IMG/VR virus record: IMGVR_UViG_3300029922_000013
Span: 1-64,000 of that record
Strand: one strand, 5' to 3'
Length of the DNA stretch: 64,000 bases
Source of the DNA: a virus
Of the stretch, positions 17,207 through 27,185 are shown one piece after another (the first letter of the stretch is position 1; each line of letters begins with the position of its first letter). A program made the translations under genes and the position numbers. The notes beneath the pieces were generated by a model. It saw nothing but the letters and a program-made list of their open reading frames with translations, was not told the DNA's origin and searched no databases.

Positions 17207-17537
17207 ATTGAAATCTTTGGTCTCAGGCCTCAAATCGTTCGTGGCTAATTTCAAAGCCAAGGCCTCCAAGGACCTATCCGAGCTATGGAAGGATTATAAA
17301 GGGTTCTTAATCGTTTTTGGAGCTTTGATCCTCACTTTAAAGTTTAGAGAGCTTCTTGTGAGTTTTTTGTTGAATTCTTCTAAGCGTTTCTTTCAAGGGG
17401 CTCAAAAAAAGAGCGCTTCTTTGGACTTGAAAGAAAATAAAGACGATGCCCAGTCAAATGCTTTAGTCGAACAAGCTCAAGATCTTCCTAAAACAGAACA
17501 ACCGGTTACAGTAGACTGGTATAAGGATAAAAAATGA
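17187..17537 (+). CDS. Single-TM protein (possible spanin/lysis component)
   Basis: Central TM and coiled tail; overlaps neighbours. Confidence 0.5.
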   Translation: MTQMLSKLKSLVSGLKSFVANFKAKASKDLSELWKDYKGFLIVFGALILTLKFRELLVSFLLNSSKRFFQGAQKKSASLDLKENKDDAQSNALVEQAQDLPKTEQPVTVDWYKDKK

Positions 17538-17920
17538 GAATATTTATTGGATTACTCTTACTTGCGTTTACTAGTCAAGTAGCATTAGCCGATTGTGATT
17601 GGTCTAAGATTAAACCACTTGATGATGGAGGCTTCGAATATTCCCAAGATCTTCACTTGTGCGTGGGACAACTTGTTCAAGCTTCTGCAGTAAAAGATCA
17701 ACAAATACAAGATCTGAACGGGGCTATTCAACTCAAAGACTTGGCTCTAAAGGCTTCAGATGATCGCGCTACGCTGTGGTCTACTACTAGCCAGGGACTT
17801 GAGGATCGTTTGCAAAAGATCGATGCTACCCAAAAGCATAATGATTGGTTGTTTTTTGCTGCGGGTGCCGTGACAGTTATTGGGGCTGGCTGGATGGCTA
17901 GTCGCCTATTACACCCCTAA
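17534..17920 (+). CDS. Signal-peptide coiled-coil protein with C-terminal TM (possible spanin-like)
   Basis: ALA signal cleavage site, C-terminal hydrophobic helix. Confidence 0.5.
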   Translation: MRIFIGLLLLAFTSQVALADCDWSKIKPLDDGGFEYSQDLHLCVGQLVQASAVKDQQIQDLNGAIQLKDLALKASDDRATLWSTTSQGLEDRLQKIDATQKHNDWLFFAAGAVTVIGAGWMASRLLHP

Positions 17921-18468
17921 GATTTAGATTCAATAAGTTCAAATAAGTCTGGCCTGGACAGGACCAGGGTATATATGTCTTGTGGCGATGCTGATCCTAG
18001 ACCGTATCCATCGAATAATGATTTGAAACCGCAGCCTTCTATAAATTCTCGCAAGAATTGAGAGCAAATTCTTGTCGTTTGACTTTGATACCAATTATCT
18101 TTTGCTTTAATATCTCTTCCCAAAAATCTATTTAAATAGCGCCACATAAACCAAGGATAAGCCAAAAATGCATAAGAATCCTCAAGCTCCTTTATTTGGT
18201 TTTTAATAGAAGAATCTATAGTAGCTCGATCTATTTTAAGTTGATAAACTTCATAGGCCTGATTCACATTGTTTCTATAGCCAATGTCAAAAGAACTAAC
18301 GCTGACTCCTCCACCGCAAGCTTCCATGAGCATTTCTTTACCGAGCATTGGGGGACAGGTAAAAAAGGAATGAGACCATTTAGATCCAGTTAGTTTGGAT
18401 ATGCACCAATCATACCATTTATTTTTGGTATAGGCAAAGCAAACGTAGCCATATTGTGCATTATCCAT
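17917..18468 (-). CDS. Permuted NlpC/P60 (YiiX-like) amidase/peptidase
   Basis: ISKLTGSKWSH ... Y ... ICSQF ... SPQDI. Confidence 0.75.
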   Translation of the reverse strand: MDNAQYGYVCFAYTKNKWYDWCISKLTGSKWSHSFFTCPPMLGKEMLMEACGGGVSVSSFDIGYRNNVNQAYEVYQLKIDRATIDSSIKNQIKELEDSYAFLAYPWFMWRYLNRFLGRDIKAKDNWYQSQTTRICSQFLREFIEGCGFKSLFDGYGLGSASPQDIYTLVLSRPDLFELIESKS

Positions 18469-18481
18469 ATTGTACCCCGAC

Positions 18482-19288
18482 TTATGTAGCTGCTGGAATT
18501 CCCCAGTCTAAGTTAACTCTAATACCACCAGTAAATACTCCTGCCGGACGAATGTATTTAATTTTTAAATAAAAGCCAGAAGGAAGAAATGCATATCCAG
18601 CGATAGGCTCAAGCTCAGTTTCTCCTATTGGAGGTAAACCATCTCCCTGTGCCTCTGCCCAAAAGTACCACCCTTGATTATCCGAAGGAGCTTGATCGTC
18701 GTAATAAGTCTTTATAACTGGATAAAGAGGGAATGCTTGATTGAAAGGAGCTGGAAGAGTGCCTAGCGCTATAACTGTAGCATCGCTCAAAGGAGCGGTA
18801 GCGCTGGGATTGGATGCCAAAGCCAATGCCCAAGCAACACACCGATCGTCATCATTTACATATAACAAAGCACGATCGTCCTTATTATAATCTTCCGTGA
18901 TTCCATAACCACCAGCAATATAACGTCCCAATCCAGTCCCAAAAGTTCCGGGGCACTTTATGGATGCGATAGCGCTTGTAGTGGCACCATCGTTTGGAAG
19001 CTCTGCAGAAGTACACGCTATCTTTAGGTCTTTATTGTTGAATTCAAATTGCGTAGTAACCGTAGTCAAGGAAGGAAGCAACGGCTTGTTAGCTGTGGGC
19101 ATGTAGTTTGTTTCAAAATCTGTTTGATCGGTGGAATCAGAGCCGTCCATTGGGATCTGTGCCGTCACTTCCATTGGACCGTCTGAAGCAAAGAGATAGT
19201 AGGTATTATTTGCTATGACGTATTGAATGCACAAATTTCTAGCAACTACAAATGCTTTAATATCTGACCAACCTAGATTAATTTGCAT
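18482..19288 (-). CDS. Putative virion structural protein
   Basis: DQTDFETNY motif, beta-rich, co-transcribed with fibre genes. Confidence 0.55.
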   Translation of the reverse strand: MQINLGWSDIKAFVVARNLCIQYVIANNTYYLFASDGPMEVTAQIPMDGSDSTDQTDFETNYMPTANKPLLPSLTTVTTQFEFNNKDLKIACTSAELPNDGATTSAIASIKCPGTFGTGLGRYIAGGYGITEDYNKDDRALLYVNDDDRCVAWALALASNPSATAPLSDATVIALGTLPAPFNQAFPLYPVIKTYYDDQAPSDNQGWYFWAEAQGDGLPPIGETELEPIAGYAFLPSGFYLKIKYIRPAGVFTGGIRVNLDWGIPAAT

Positions 19289-19289
19289 A

Positions 19290-22200
19290 TCACTCCTCAG
19301 TCCATTCCACGTAGCAAGTCCATGTACCGCCCGCAACCGTGGTAGCGTTTAGATTAATGGATAGCACCTGTGTAGTGCCTCTTAGAACGACACATTTTTC
19401 TGGCAAATAACCAAAATCCCATTCATTTACAAAGTCGGCGATGTCAGTTCCTGAGGTAGGGATAAACATTCTTGCTGCTCTTACGGTACCCACAGCTGCG
19501 CCCAATGTAGTAGGATTAGCAGTATAGTTCAATACAGTAGCAGTTGCAGCAGCATCACTACTATCATGGGGTACGGCTGTAGCCGCTGCAGAAGTGCCAC
19601 CAGAGTTTGCCGCAGATTTCTTTATGAGTAAAATATTTACTACTCCGGCTGTAGTTACTTGAGCGCTGAACCCAACTCTCAGAATTCTTATAGTTTTGGT
19701 GGCCGAACCGGTAATGGTAAAAATGTCTGTTGCAGCGGTGGCGGAGGCAAAACCAATTGCAGAAGTAGCCGAGTACGTTGCTTTTAAGCCATCGACCGGC
19801 GCAGATTCTGTCAATAAGAAGCCAGATGCTGTCACTTGTAATCCAGCTTGTTCTCCATTTGTCAGGGTAGGAAGAGTAGTATTGAAAACGCCCCCAACAA
19901 GCGCAGAACCGGTTCCGGCAGTCCCAGCGCCTGGGCCGGAACCAACTATGTTGTCAATTAACTGTAAGGAAGTTATTTCCGTAGCCTGATTCGCAGCGGT
20001 GGCCGCACCGGTAGGAAGAGATACTGTGCCTGTAATATTATCTATATTGAAATTGTCTACGCCTGTCGAAACAATCAAAGCGCCTCTCGCAGTAGATTGA
20101 GCTTCAACAGTTTCACCAGTCGTTACTGTTGGTTGAGTAGTATTGAATACGCCACCAATTTGTACCGGATTTCCTGCTTTAGCCGCTCCGCTAGCTGAAT
20201 CTCCTTGAACAGTCCAAGGTGGAGTTCCCTGTTGAACAGTCCATGTTCCAGATTGGCTTGCTGGTATCGCGGTTTGATCTGTTGGTAGTACAACTCGCAG
20301 TACCTGAGCAGTAGTGGTACCTGCTCCGAATGCAGCAGCACCAGTCGCGTTACCGATTTGAGAAGCGGTTCTAAGTGTACTTGCTCCAACGGTGCCATAG
20401 TTAGTATCAACGGTAGTGGGAAAATTAGATGCATTTGCGATCGTCAGTAATCTACCGCTAGAATCTACTTGCAACGCAGCCTGTTGCCCTGTAGTCAGAG
20501 TGGGCAGTAAGGAATTATATTGTCCCCCAGCTAGGCTAGACTTTGTGGCTACTGTTCCTGGAGTGACAGGTCCATCGGAAGAATCTGTAACTAGCCAAGG
20601 AGTAGTATTCGCCGTGTTTCCTGGCTGCACCGTCCATGTTCCGCTTTGTGTTGCTAGTATATTAGAGTCATTTGATACAGTAACACGAGGAATACCTGCA
20701 CCAGAAGCTCCCGTTCCAGTCACGATAGCACTTCCGCCAAAATCAGCTACGTTTATATTCCAGGGAGTAGCGTTGGCTGTTCCTTGATTCGCCGTAACCG
20801 TGCCAGATACAGGTTGGGTAACTCCAGATCCGTCAACTCGCAATGCACCAGCCGTAGTTAGAGAGAGACCTTCCAGTTCCCCAGTTGTGTATGTAGGTGC
20901 CGTAGTGGTAACTGATCCGGCTATATAAGTGGCTTCTGAGGGAGGAGGATTGCCGATAAACGTTACAGACGGATTGGTCGCAGTAACTGACCAACTTCCG
21001 CCTTGGTACACGGTAGCCAATAAATTAGCCTGATTAAGCTGGGTGGCTTCTACCACATCGGCTGCCGCGCCACTATTGATAGTTATAGTGGCTGTTCCCG
21101 AAGTCCAACTCAGAGCTTCAACAACTATAGTTGAGAAAGCTGCTGGCATCATCACTTTATATAGGCCAGTGGTGGTAATTGTTGAGTATGTGTAGGCGAG
21201 AGGAGTGGCTCCATTTGTATTTGCTACAAAAACTCCAAAAGCAGAACTACCTATACCGCCGCTTATCTCTAAAGTTCCGACCCATGTTCCAGAAACTTCT
21301 ATTAAAACAGATCCGCCGCTAAACGCCGTTACGTTTTGACCGCCCGCAGTAATAGTTCCCGTGACAGTTTGAATTAGCCCACCATTAATTATACGCCCCG
21401 AAGAATCCAACTGGATAGCCGATTGCTGACCGGTAGTTAGAGTAGGTAACGTAGAATTGTACTGTCCTCCAGTGAGGATTGATTTTGTAGCAGCGGTTCC
21501 TGGCGATACAGGACCATCAGCCGCATCTGAAGTAGTCCAAGGAGACGCGCCTTGATAAACAGTAGCTAACAAATTTGCTTGATTTAGTTGAACGGCCTCT
21601 ATGTTAGAGGACGCGACGCCACTATTCATTGTTATAGCAGCCGAACCTGAGGTCCATGACTGAACAATCAGTTCAACATTTGTGTATCCTGCTGGGGCCA
21701 AGACTTGATAAGCCCCACTCCCGGTAATATTGCTTACCGTATAAGTACCGGTATTAGATCCTAAAGTTGTATAAGGAATGTTGTATCCAACGCCCCCTAT
21801 GTAACCGATTAGAGCAATGCTCCCAACCCATGTTCCGCTTATATTTATGAAAACAGAACCGCCCCCATTTACGGCCAAACTATTCCCATTACTGGTAAAA
21901 GTGGCCGCAACTGTTTGGAATAACGGAGCTTCTATAACTCTGCCACTTACATCTACTTGAATAGCCGATTGTTGAGTATTGGTTAAAGTTGGAAAAGCTG
22001 TGTTGTATTGTCCGCCAACAAGATCGGAAAAACTAGCCGCTGTACCGGGCGCAGTTGGACCAATAGAAGGTATTACAACGTCTAACCATTGGTTGGTGGA
22101 TAAAGTTTGTGAACTGATTGCATTGCCGGAACCATCATATGTGTTGGCTGCTACCCTAAGAGTTTGCGCCCCAGTAACCCCACTCCCAAAACTAGCAGCC

Positions 22201-22664
22201 CCGGTCGCATTGCCAATCTGCGCAGCAACTCTTAAAGTATTTGCTCCAACTGTACCATAATTTTCATCGTAAGGAAGTGTAACAGCTCCCGTGGTAATTA
22301 ATGCACCAGTTGAAGTAAGTTGTAAAGCCGATTGCTGACCGGTAGTTAGCGTAGGCAACGTAGAATTGTATTGACCACCAATGAGCTGAGAGAAACTAGC
22401 TGCGGTGCCGGGAGTGACAGGTCCATCAGCTTGATCTTTTGTTACCCACGGAGAAGTTGACTGACTTACTGGAACAGCCGTACCGCTGGCGACGCCTTGA
22501 ATGGAAACTACGCCGCCCGCAGGAGTACCAGCCACTCCTTGGCCCGCAACTTGCAAACTTCCGCTCGAATTAACATCGGCGAAGTTGTCAGGAATCCCCC
22601 CCGTGGAGGAAACCCCAGTGATTCTTATGGGTAGACCTTCTTGTACTGACACTAAATCTGCCAT
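19290..22664 (-). CDS. Large repetitive fibre-like virion protein
   Basis: 1124 aa G/T/A/S-rich; recurring GGQYNSTLPTLTTGQQ and NYGTVGA.TLR modules. Confidence 0.75.
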   Translation of the reverse strand: MADLVSVQEGLPIRITGVSSTGGIPDNFADVNSSGSLQVAGQGVAGTPAGGVVSIQGVASGTAVPVSQSTSPWVTKDQADGPVTPGTAASFSQLIGGQYNSTLPTLTTGQQSALQLTSTGALITTGAVTLPYDENYGTVGANTLRVAAQIGNATGAASFGSGVTGAQTLRVAANTYDGSGNAISSQTLSTNQWLDVVIPSIGPTAPGTAASFSDLVGGQYNTAFPTLTNTQQSAIQVDVSGRVIEAPLFQTVAATFTSNGNSLAVNGGGSVFINISGTWVGSIALIGYIGGVGYNIPYTTLGSNTGTYTVSNITGSGAYQVLAPAGYTNVELIVQSWTSGSAAITMNSGVASSNIEAVQLNQANLLATVYQGASPWTTSDAADGPVSPGTAATKSILTGGQYNSTLPTLTTGQQSAIQLDSSGRIINGGLIQTVTGTITAGGQNVTAFSGGSVLIEVSGTWVGTLEISGGIGSSAFGVFVANTNGATPLAYTYSTITTTGLYKVMMPAAFSTIVVEALSWTSGTATITINSGAAADVVEATQLNQANLLATVYQGGSWSVTATNPSVTFIGNPPPSEATYIAGSVTTTAPTYTTGELEGLSLTTAGALRVDGSGVTQPVSGTVTANQGTANATPWNINVADFGGSAIVTGTGASGAGIPRVTVSNDSNILATQSGTWTVQPGNTANTTPWLVTDSSDGPVTPGTVATKSSLAGGQYNSLLPTLTTGQQAALQVDSSGRLLTIANASNFPTTVDTNYGTVGASTLRTASQIGNATGAAAFGAGTTTAQVLRVVLPTDQTAIPASQSGTWTVQQGTPPWTVQGDSASGAAKAGNPVQIGGVFNTTQPTVTTGETVEAQSTARGALIVSTGVDNFNIDNITGTVSLPTGAATAANQATEITSLQLIDNIVGSGPGAGTAGTGSALVGGVFNTTLPTLTNGEQAGLQVTASGFLLTESAPVDGLKATYSATSAIGFASATAATDIFTITGSATKTIRILRVGFSAQVTTAGVVNILLIKKSAANSGGTSAAATAVPHDSSDAAATATVLNYTANPTTLGAAVGTVRAARMFIPTSGTDIADFVNEWDFGYLPEKCVVLRGTTQVLSINLNATTVAGGTWTCYVEWTEE

Positions 22665-22711
22665 ACTGTCCTTATATCATATGTATCAGTATCTAGTTCT
22701 TAAAATAGTAA

Positions 22712-22741
22712 GCCCAATTAGATGTAAACACCTAATTGGGC
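22712..22741 (-). terminator. Hairpin between the two fibre-like genes
   Basis: GCCCAATTAG...CTAATTGGGC inverted repeat. Confidence 0.55.
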
Positions 22742-22767
22742 CATTCTTTAGTAAAAATAACTAGTTA

Positions 22768-24240
22768 TCAGTTCTGATTTCCTTCAATGGTTGCATACAC
22801 ATCAAAAGCCAATAAGTCTGTGTTAGTAACGGTAACGGTTACAGTGTTACCTGCCGCGATGGTCGGAGGAGCGATTACAGTGATGTCAATATTTGGATTA
22901 GCCGTACTATTAAATCCCACGAAGATAGTGGTTCCGTTATTTTGCACAAGCGCTTTAATTTTACCAGATGCCGAAGCCCAAATTCTTTCCAAATTGAAAG
23001 TATGGGTAGCTACTACGGTATATGTAAAGGTCGTCGAAGCTCCAGCGGCCACAGTAGCGGTATGGTAATCCTGAATCGCCGTGCCGGGAGTAGTTGACAC
23101 CACCGATACAGGAACCGGATTAGTATTAGTTACGTTAGCCCCGGCTATTGCCAGATTCGCGGCCACTCTTAGAGTTTGGGCTCCAGTTGCTCCATTATTA
23201 AAATCTGCAGCGCCTGCAGCATTACCTATTTGGGCAGCAGTTCTTAGAGTCGTTGCGCCAACTGTACCATAGTTTTCATCATAAGGAAATACTACAGCGG
23301 CGTCTACCAACAATCTGCCAGCAGAATCTACTTGCAACGCAGCTTGTTGACCGGTGGTTAAAGTAGGTGGAGTCGAGTTATACTGACCACCAGCTAATTG
23401 CGAGAAGGAAGCTACTGTTCCAGGAGTGACTGGACCATCTGACTGATCTTTGGTAATCCAAGGAGAAGTTCCTTGATTTACAGAACCAATTACGTTGGAA
23501 CCAGTAGGCAAAGGACTATTAGGAGAAAAAGCGACTACCAGCGCGGGTTCAGTAGCTGTAGCGGCAGTTGAGGCTGGAGTTACTGCAACTGGGCCGTTAG
23601 TGCCATCCGTGATCTCCATCGGCCACGCACCAGAGAGAGAAGCAGCCGTCCCTTGGTTAGCTGACACTCTAAGGGTCTGAGCATCAGTAGCGCCAGCACC
23701 GAAGTCAGCAGCTCCAGTAGCATTGCCAATTTGAGAAGCAGTTCTTAAAGTTTGTGCACCCACCGTGCCATAGTTGAAATTGGCAGCACCCGTAGCATTG
23801 CCAATCTGCGCAGCAGTTCTGAGAGTGTTGGCGCCGACCGTTCCATAGTTTTCATCGTAAGGAAAAGTAATGGCAGCATCGACAAGTAATCTACCAGCAG
23901 AATCCAACTGAAGAGCGGATTGCTGCCCGTTTGTCAGTGTTTCTGGTGTAGAATTGTAAATACCACCGGCAAGCACGGAAAATGCCGAGGCCGTTCCTGG
24001 CGCAGCTGGACCATTTGCAGGCGTAATCACTTGGAGCCAGTAGCTGGCACTCAGAAGTTGGTCGCCAATGGCGTTCCCGGAGATATCTTTAAGTACTGAA
24101 AACTGGCTCCCAAATGTGTCTACTGCGGCCTGTTGCGTAGTAGGATTAGTAGCATCGCCCAGTTTAATTATAACATCTTGATATACTGCTTGGCCTGTTA
24201 ATTCTGTCCTAATAGGTAACGCTGAAAATGCATCTGCCAT
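22768..24240 (-). CDS. Fibre-like virion protein, paralogue of 19290..22664
   Basis: Same repeat modules (PYDENYGTVGA.TLRTAAQIGNA). Confidence 0.75.
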   Translation of the reverse strand: MADAFSALPIRTELTGQAVYQDVIIKLGDATNPTTQQAAVDTFGSQFSVLKDISGNAIGDQLLSASYWLQVITPANGPAAPGTASAFSVLAGGIYNSTPETLTNGQQSALQLDSAGRLLVDAAITFPYDENYGTVGANTLRTAAQIGNATGAANFNYGTVGAQTLRTASQIGNATGAADFGAGATDAQTLRVSANQGTAASLSGAWPMEITDGTNGPVAVTPASTAATATEPALVVAFSPNSPLPTGSNVIGSVNQGTSPWITKDQSDGPVTPGTVASFSQLAGGQYNSTPPTLTTGQQAALQVDSAGRLLVDAAVVFPYDENYGTVGATTLRTAAQIGNAAGAADFNNGATGAQTLRVAANLAIAGANVTNTNPVPVSVVSTTPGTAIQDYHTATVAAGASTTFTYTVVATHTFNLERIWASASGKIKALVQNNGTTIFVGFNSTANPNIDITVIAPPTIAAGNTVTVTVTNTDLLAFDVYATIEGNQN

Positions 24241-24248
24241 AAATACTC

Positions 24249-24455
24249 CTATGTACTACTTGTTTGGCTATCTGTTTCCTGCATAACTTTTATTTTGTCA
24301 AGTATTTCGTTTTCTTTATTTATAGAAATAGCTATACTTGCTTCTATGCGGTTGATTTGCTCTTGAAATTCAAAAACACGAAGTTCTTGTTCTTCTCTGG
24401 CTGCATTCACGCGCTTGTATTCAACTTGTAATTTTTTTAAATCATATGCACTCAT
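24249..24455 (-). CDS. Small coiled-coil protein
   Basis: Follows AATCTTTA late motif. Confidence 0.65.
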   Translation of the reverse strand: MSAYDLKKLQVEYKRVNAAREEQELRVFEFQEQINRIEASIAISINKENEILDKIKVMQETDSQTSST

Positions 24456-24502
24456 ATAACACCTGCTTTAAAGATTGTTCTTGATTTTCTACATAACATA
24501 AA

Positions 24503-25408
24503 TTATATATTAATTACAAGCACTTGTATTCTAGATTCGAAATCTGCGGGATAGGGGCGAGGATTATAGACCTGAACTTGAATTAAAGTGCCAGCGTTTA
24601 GAAGTAAACCTGAATCATTTCCCGTTGTGAAATTGAATTCACCAGTCAAATCGCCACCAAACATTGTCCTTGCGGTATCTTGTTTGATAGAATTAATCAA
24701 TAAATCATAACGTGCAACATTTTCACCCGAAAAGGGGATTCTTTGTAAAACAGCTTGACTTGCAACCGGAACTGTATAACTTACAATTATAGCTGTCCCA
24801 CCGGCTGCCAGTGAGACTACTTCGTTGTAAGTGCTTATTACCGTTGAATTAGGGCTAGGAACAGATTCAACTATAACGTTTATGGAGCCGTCTGCGTTGA
24901 CTTTTAGAGTATTACCGTCGTCCACAATGGAAACGGAACCGATAGATATAGTTCCCTCCACGGCAACAGGCATCGGATTAGCCGGACCATATATGTTTCC
25001 ATAAGGGTCGACATTTGTAACTCTAAGAGCTACGGTAGGATCAGCCTCGTAAACAGCTTGATCAATATCATCAGCTTTGATTTTATTTTTGGGTTGCATC
25101 CCAAATCCAATAACGGAATTGAGAGCTACTGTAAAGGCGCTGACATCAACAACGGCACCGCTAGCTATACCGCCTGCCGTGCCCGAAGGAGAGCTTCCTG
25201 GCCTGCCCACAATCATTGTGGTGGAGGAGAGAACTTGGTTGATCTGAACAACCATGTGAAGACCGGACGAATTTGATAATTGAGCTTGGCCTTTGACTTT
25301 AAAGCCGACAGTGTCTGCTACAGTTATAACACCTAAAGAAGTGCCATCTGTAGTTAAGGGTGTGGGCGCAACTGTGCTCCAGCTTTTCTCAAATGCCATT
25401 TTATCCAA
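24503..25408 (-). CDS. Putative virion structural protein
   Basis: Beta-rich, VNADGSINV and NPMPV motifs; late motif upstream. Confidence 0.6.
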   Translation of the reverse strand: MDKMAFEKSWSTVAPTPLTTDGTSLGVITVADTVGFKVKGQAQLSNSSGLHMVVQINQVLSSTTMIVGRPGSSPSGTAGGIASGAVVDVSAFTVALNSVIGFGMQPKNKIKADDIDQAVYEADPTVALRVTNVDPYGNIYGPANPMPVAVEGTISIGSVSIVDDGNTLKVNADGSINVIVESVPSPNSTVISTYNEVVSLAAGGTAIIVSYTVPVASQAVLQRIPFSGENVARYDLLINSIKQDTARTMFGGDLTGEFNFTTGNDSGLLLNAGTLIQVQVYNPRPYPADFESRIQVLVINI

Positions 25409-25488
25409 TCCTATTCAGGAGTTAGCGCCACCGCTAACGGTACTTTTAGCCCACGCTAAAAGCTTGTGAATTGCTTCACAAGTTACCT
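25409..25488 (-). ncRNA. Structured 5' leader / candidate cis-regulatory RNA
   Basis: Three perfect hairpins (loops GCAA, GUGG, GUGG), closing GGUA/UACC helix and a short RBS-covering stem. Confidence 0.5.
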
Positions 25489-25510
25489 TAAAGATTGGTT
25501 TTGAAAGGAA

Positions 25511-26539
25511 TTAGAGATCTAAAAGAGGAAGGGGCTTGGGATAAACAGAGCATTCATTGGAAAGCCATGCTTTGGAGAGCTTAATACAGTAATCCTTATT
25601 TCTTGTCCAGTCTTCTTCTTTGATGTGAAGAACCTGAATTCCCTGATAAAGAAATGAATAAGAGTCTTTTATTTCATGATAATTTCTGATATCTTCATCC
25701 GACCAAAGCTTTTTTCTTTTATTTTTTCTCATACATTTAAAAGAATGGTGATAGGTACCATCAAATTCCACAGCTTTTTTCATTTTTTGATTGACAATAT
25801 CTAGCTCGAAACGTTTTATATGAGGTTTTGTAGGAATTTCTATTTTATAAAATTTAATCTTCTTCGAATCTGGCAGAACTTTTCTTATTTCACTTAGTAG
25901 TTCTAATTCCATAAGAGAACTTCCCTTAGATTTTTTCATATGCTGACAAATATCGTCTAGAATTTTCTTTCTATTAGCCGAACAGTAAGCCCCATTACTT
26001 TTTTTATAGAATTCTCCTCTGGTTCCATATTTACTAGCTTCTTTTTTTAAATCCTCGTGGGTCCAGTCCTCTCTTATTAGTCTTGTCATATGACTACATA
26101 TAAGATCTAGAATTTTTCTATTTTGTGCGGTTTGATAAGCATTATCATTTAATTTAGCAAAATCAATTCTAGTGCTATATTTTTGGGCTTCATGCGCTAG
26201 CTCTTGATTTGTCCATGAATAATGGAATTGTTTCATATGAGAACAAATTTGATCTATGTAATCTTTTCTACAGGCAGCTAAATACGCGCCCATCGCGTGA
26301 TTTTTAAAGTCGTTTTTTGAGGAATATTTACTAGCTTCTTTTTTAAGTTCTTCTAAAGTCCATTTCAATTTCGGAGATACTTTCCCAATAGATGCATTTT
26401 TTGGCATGTGAGAACAAACTTTATCAAGAGCTTTGATTTTTATAGCCGCCCTGTAAGCATTAAGGTACAATCTCTTAAATTCATATCTAGTTTTACATTT
26501 CAATGCTAGTTCTTGTATTTTTTCTAAATCCCATGTCAT
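25511..26539 (-). CDS. Homing endonuclease: 4 tandem ~44-aa repeats plus Vsr/DUF559-like nuclease
   Basis: W..E.L..EA.KY..R..F......AY..A.....LD.IC.HM x4; ELDI...VEFDGTYHH. Confidence 0.8.
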   Translation of the reverse strand: MTWDLEKIQELALKCKTRYEFKRLYLNAYRAAIKIKALDKVCSHMPKNASIGKVSPKLKWTLEELKKEASKYSSKNDFKNHAMGAYLAACRKDYIDQICSHMKQFHYSWTNQELAHEAQKYSTRIDFAKLNDNAYQTAQNRKILDLICSHMTRLIREDWTHEDLKKEASKYGTRGEFYKKSNGAYCSANRKKILDDICQHMKKSKGSSLMELELLSEIRKVLPDSKKIKFYKIEIPTKPHIKRFELDIVNQKMKKAVEFDGTYHHSFKCMRKNKRKKLWSDEDIRNYHEIKDSYSFLYQGIQVLHIKEEDWTRNKDYCIKLSKAWLSNECSVYPKPLPLLDL

Positions 26540-26577
26540 ATTAATAAAGATTATCATCACTAGGGACAAAAGTCAAT

Positions 26578-26609
26578 AAAAAAAGGGGAAAAGTTTCCTT
26601 CTCCCCCTT
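26578..26609 (-). terminator. Rho-independent terminator after tail tube
   Basis: Purine/pyrimidine stem followed by a U tract on the minus strand. Confidence 0.65.
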
Positions 26610-26633
26610 CCCATAATACTTTTATTTAAAAAC

Positions 26634-27164
26634 TTATGGCCAAGAAGGAGTTCCTTCGCCATCAGTTGGATTGCCGCTTGCATCTGTCGTGCTTTCGTCA
26701 AATGCTGCAATGCCACTATAGCTAATATTGATTTTAGTAGTCGCCCTCGCCGAGTAACTTTCAGAATCCGTAGTTGGAACGCAACCAGTGACAACCATTA
26801 AGGTATCGCCAGTTTGTCTATCCACAACCTTTACAACGACACCCTGATAAGTCAAAAGTTGTGCCAAGGTAGGGAAGTTACCCAGAACCGTGGTACCAGC
26901 GCCTACAACTCGAAATCCACCACAATTCAAGGTGACTTCATTGTAAGCTGTGATAGCCTGTTCACGTGCGCTATATTGGCCCAAAGTATGGATAGCTTCA
27001 GCTGAAAGACCTCTGTTTCTAGAAACAGTATCAAATACTCCAGCCAAAACAAGAGTTCCTACGCTATTAGGTAGATACAGTTGTGCTCTGCCCCCAGTTA
27101 CAGTGTAACTTTGGCCAGGACCCCCGTTAGTAGGTCTATAATTAGGTAATTGTGCTCCTGCCAT
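26634..27164 (-). CDS. Tail tube protein
   Basis: 176 aa directly after sheath; TGGRAQL, IHTLGQY and VVDRQTG patterns. Confidence 0.75.
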   Translation of the reverse strand: MAGAQLPNYRPTNGGPGQSYTVTGGRAQLYLPNSVGTLVLAGVFDTVSRNRGLSAEAIHTLGQYSAREQAITAYNEVTLNCGGFRVVGAGTTVLGNFPTLAQLLTYQGVVVKVVDRQTGDTLMVVTGCVPTTDSESYSARATTKINISYSGIAAFDESTTDASGNPTDGEGTPSWP

Positions 27165-27185
27165 ATTCTATTCTCCTTATAAAAA

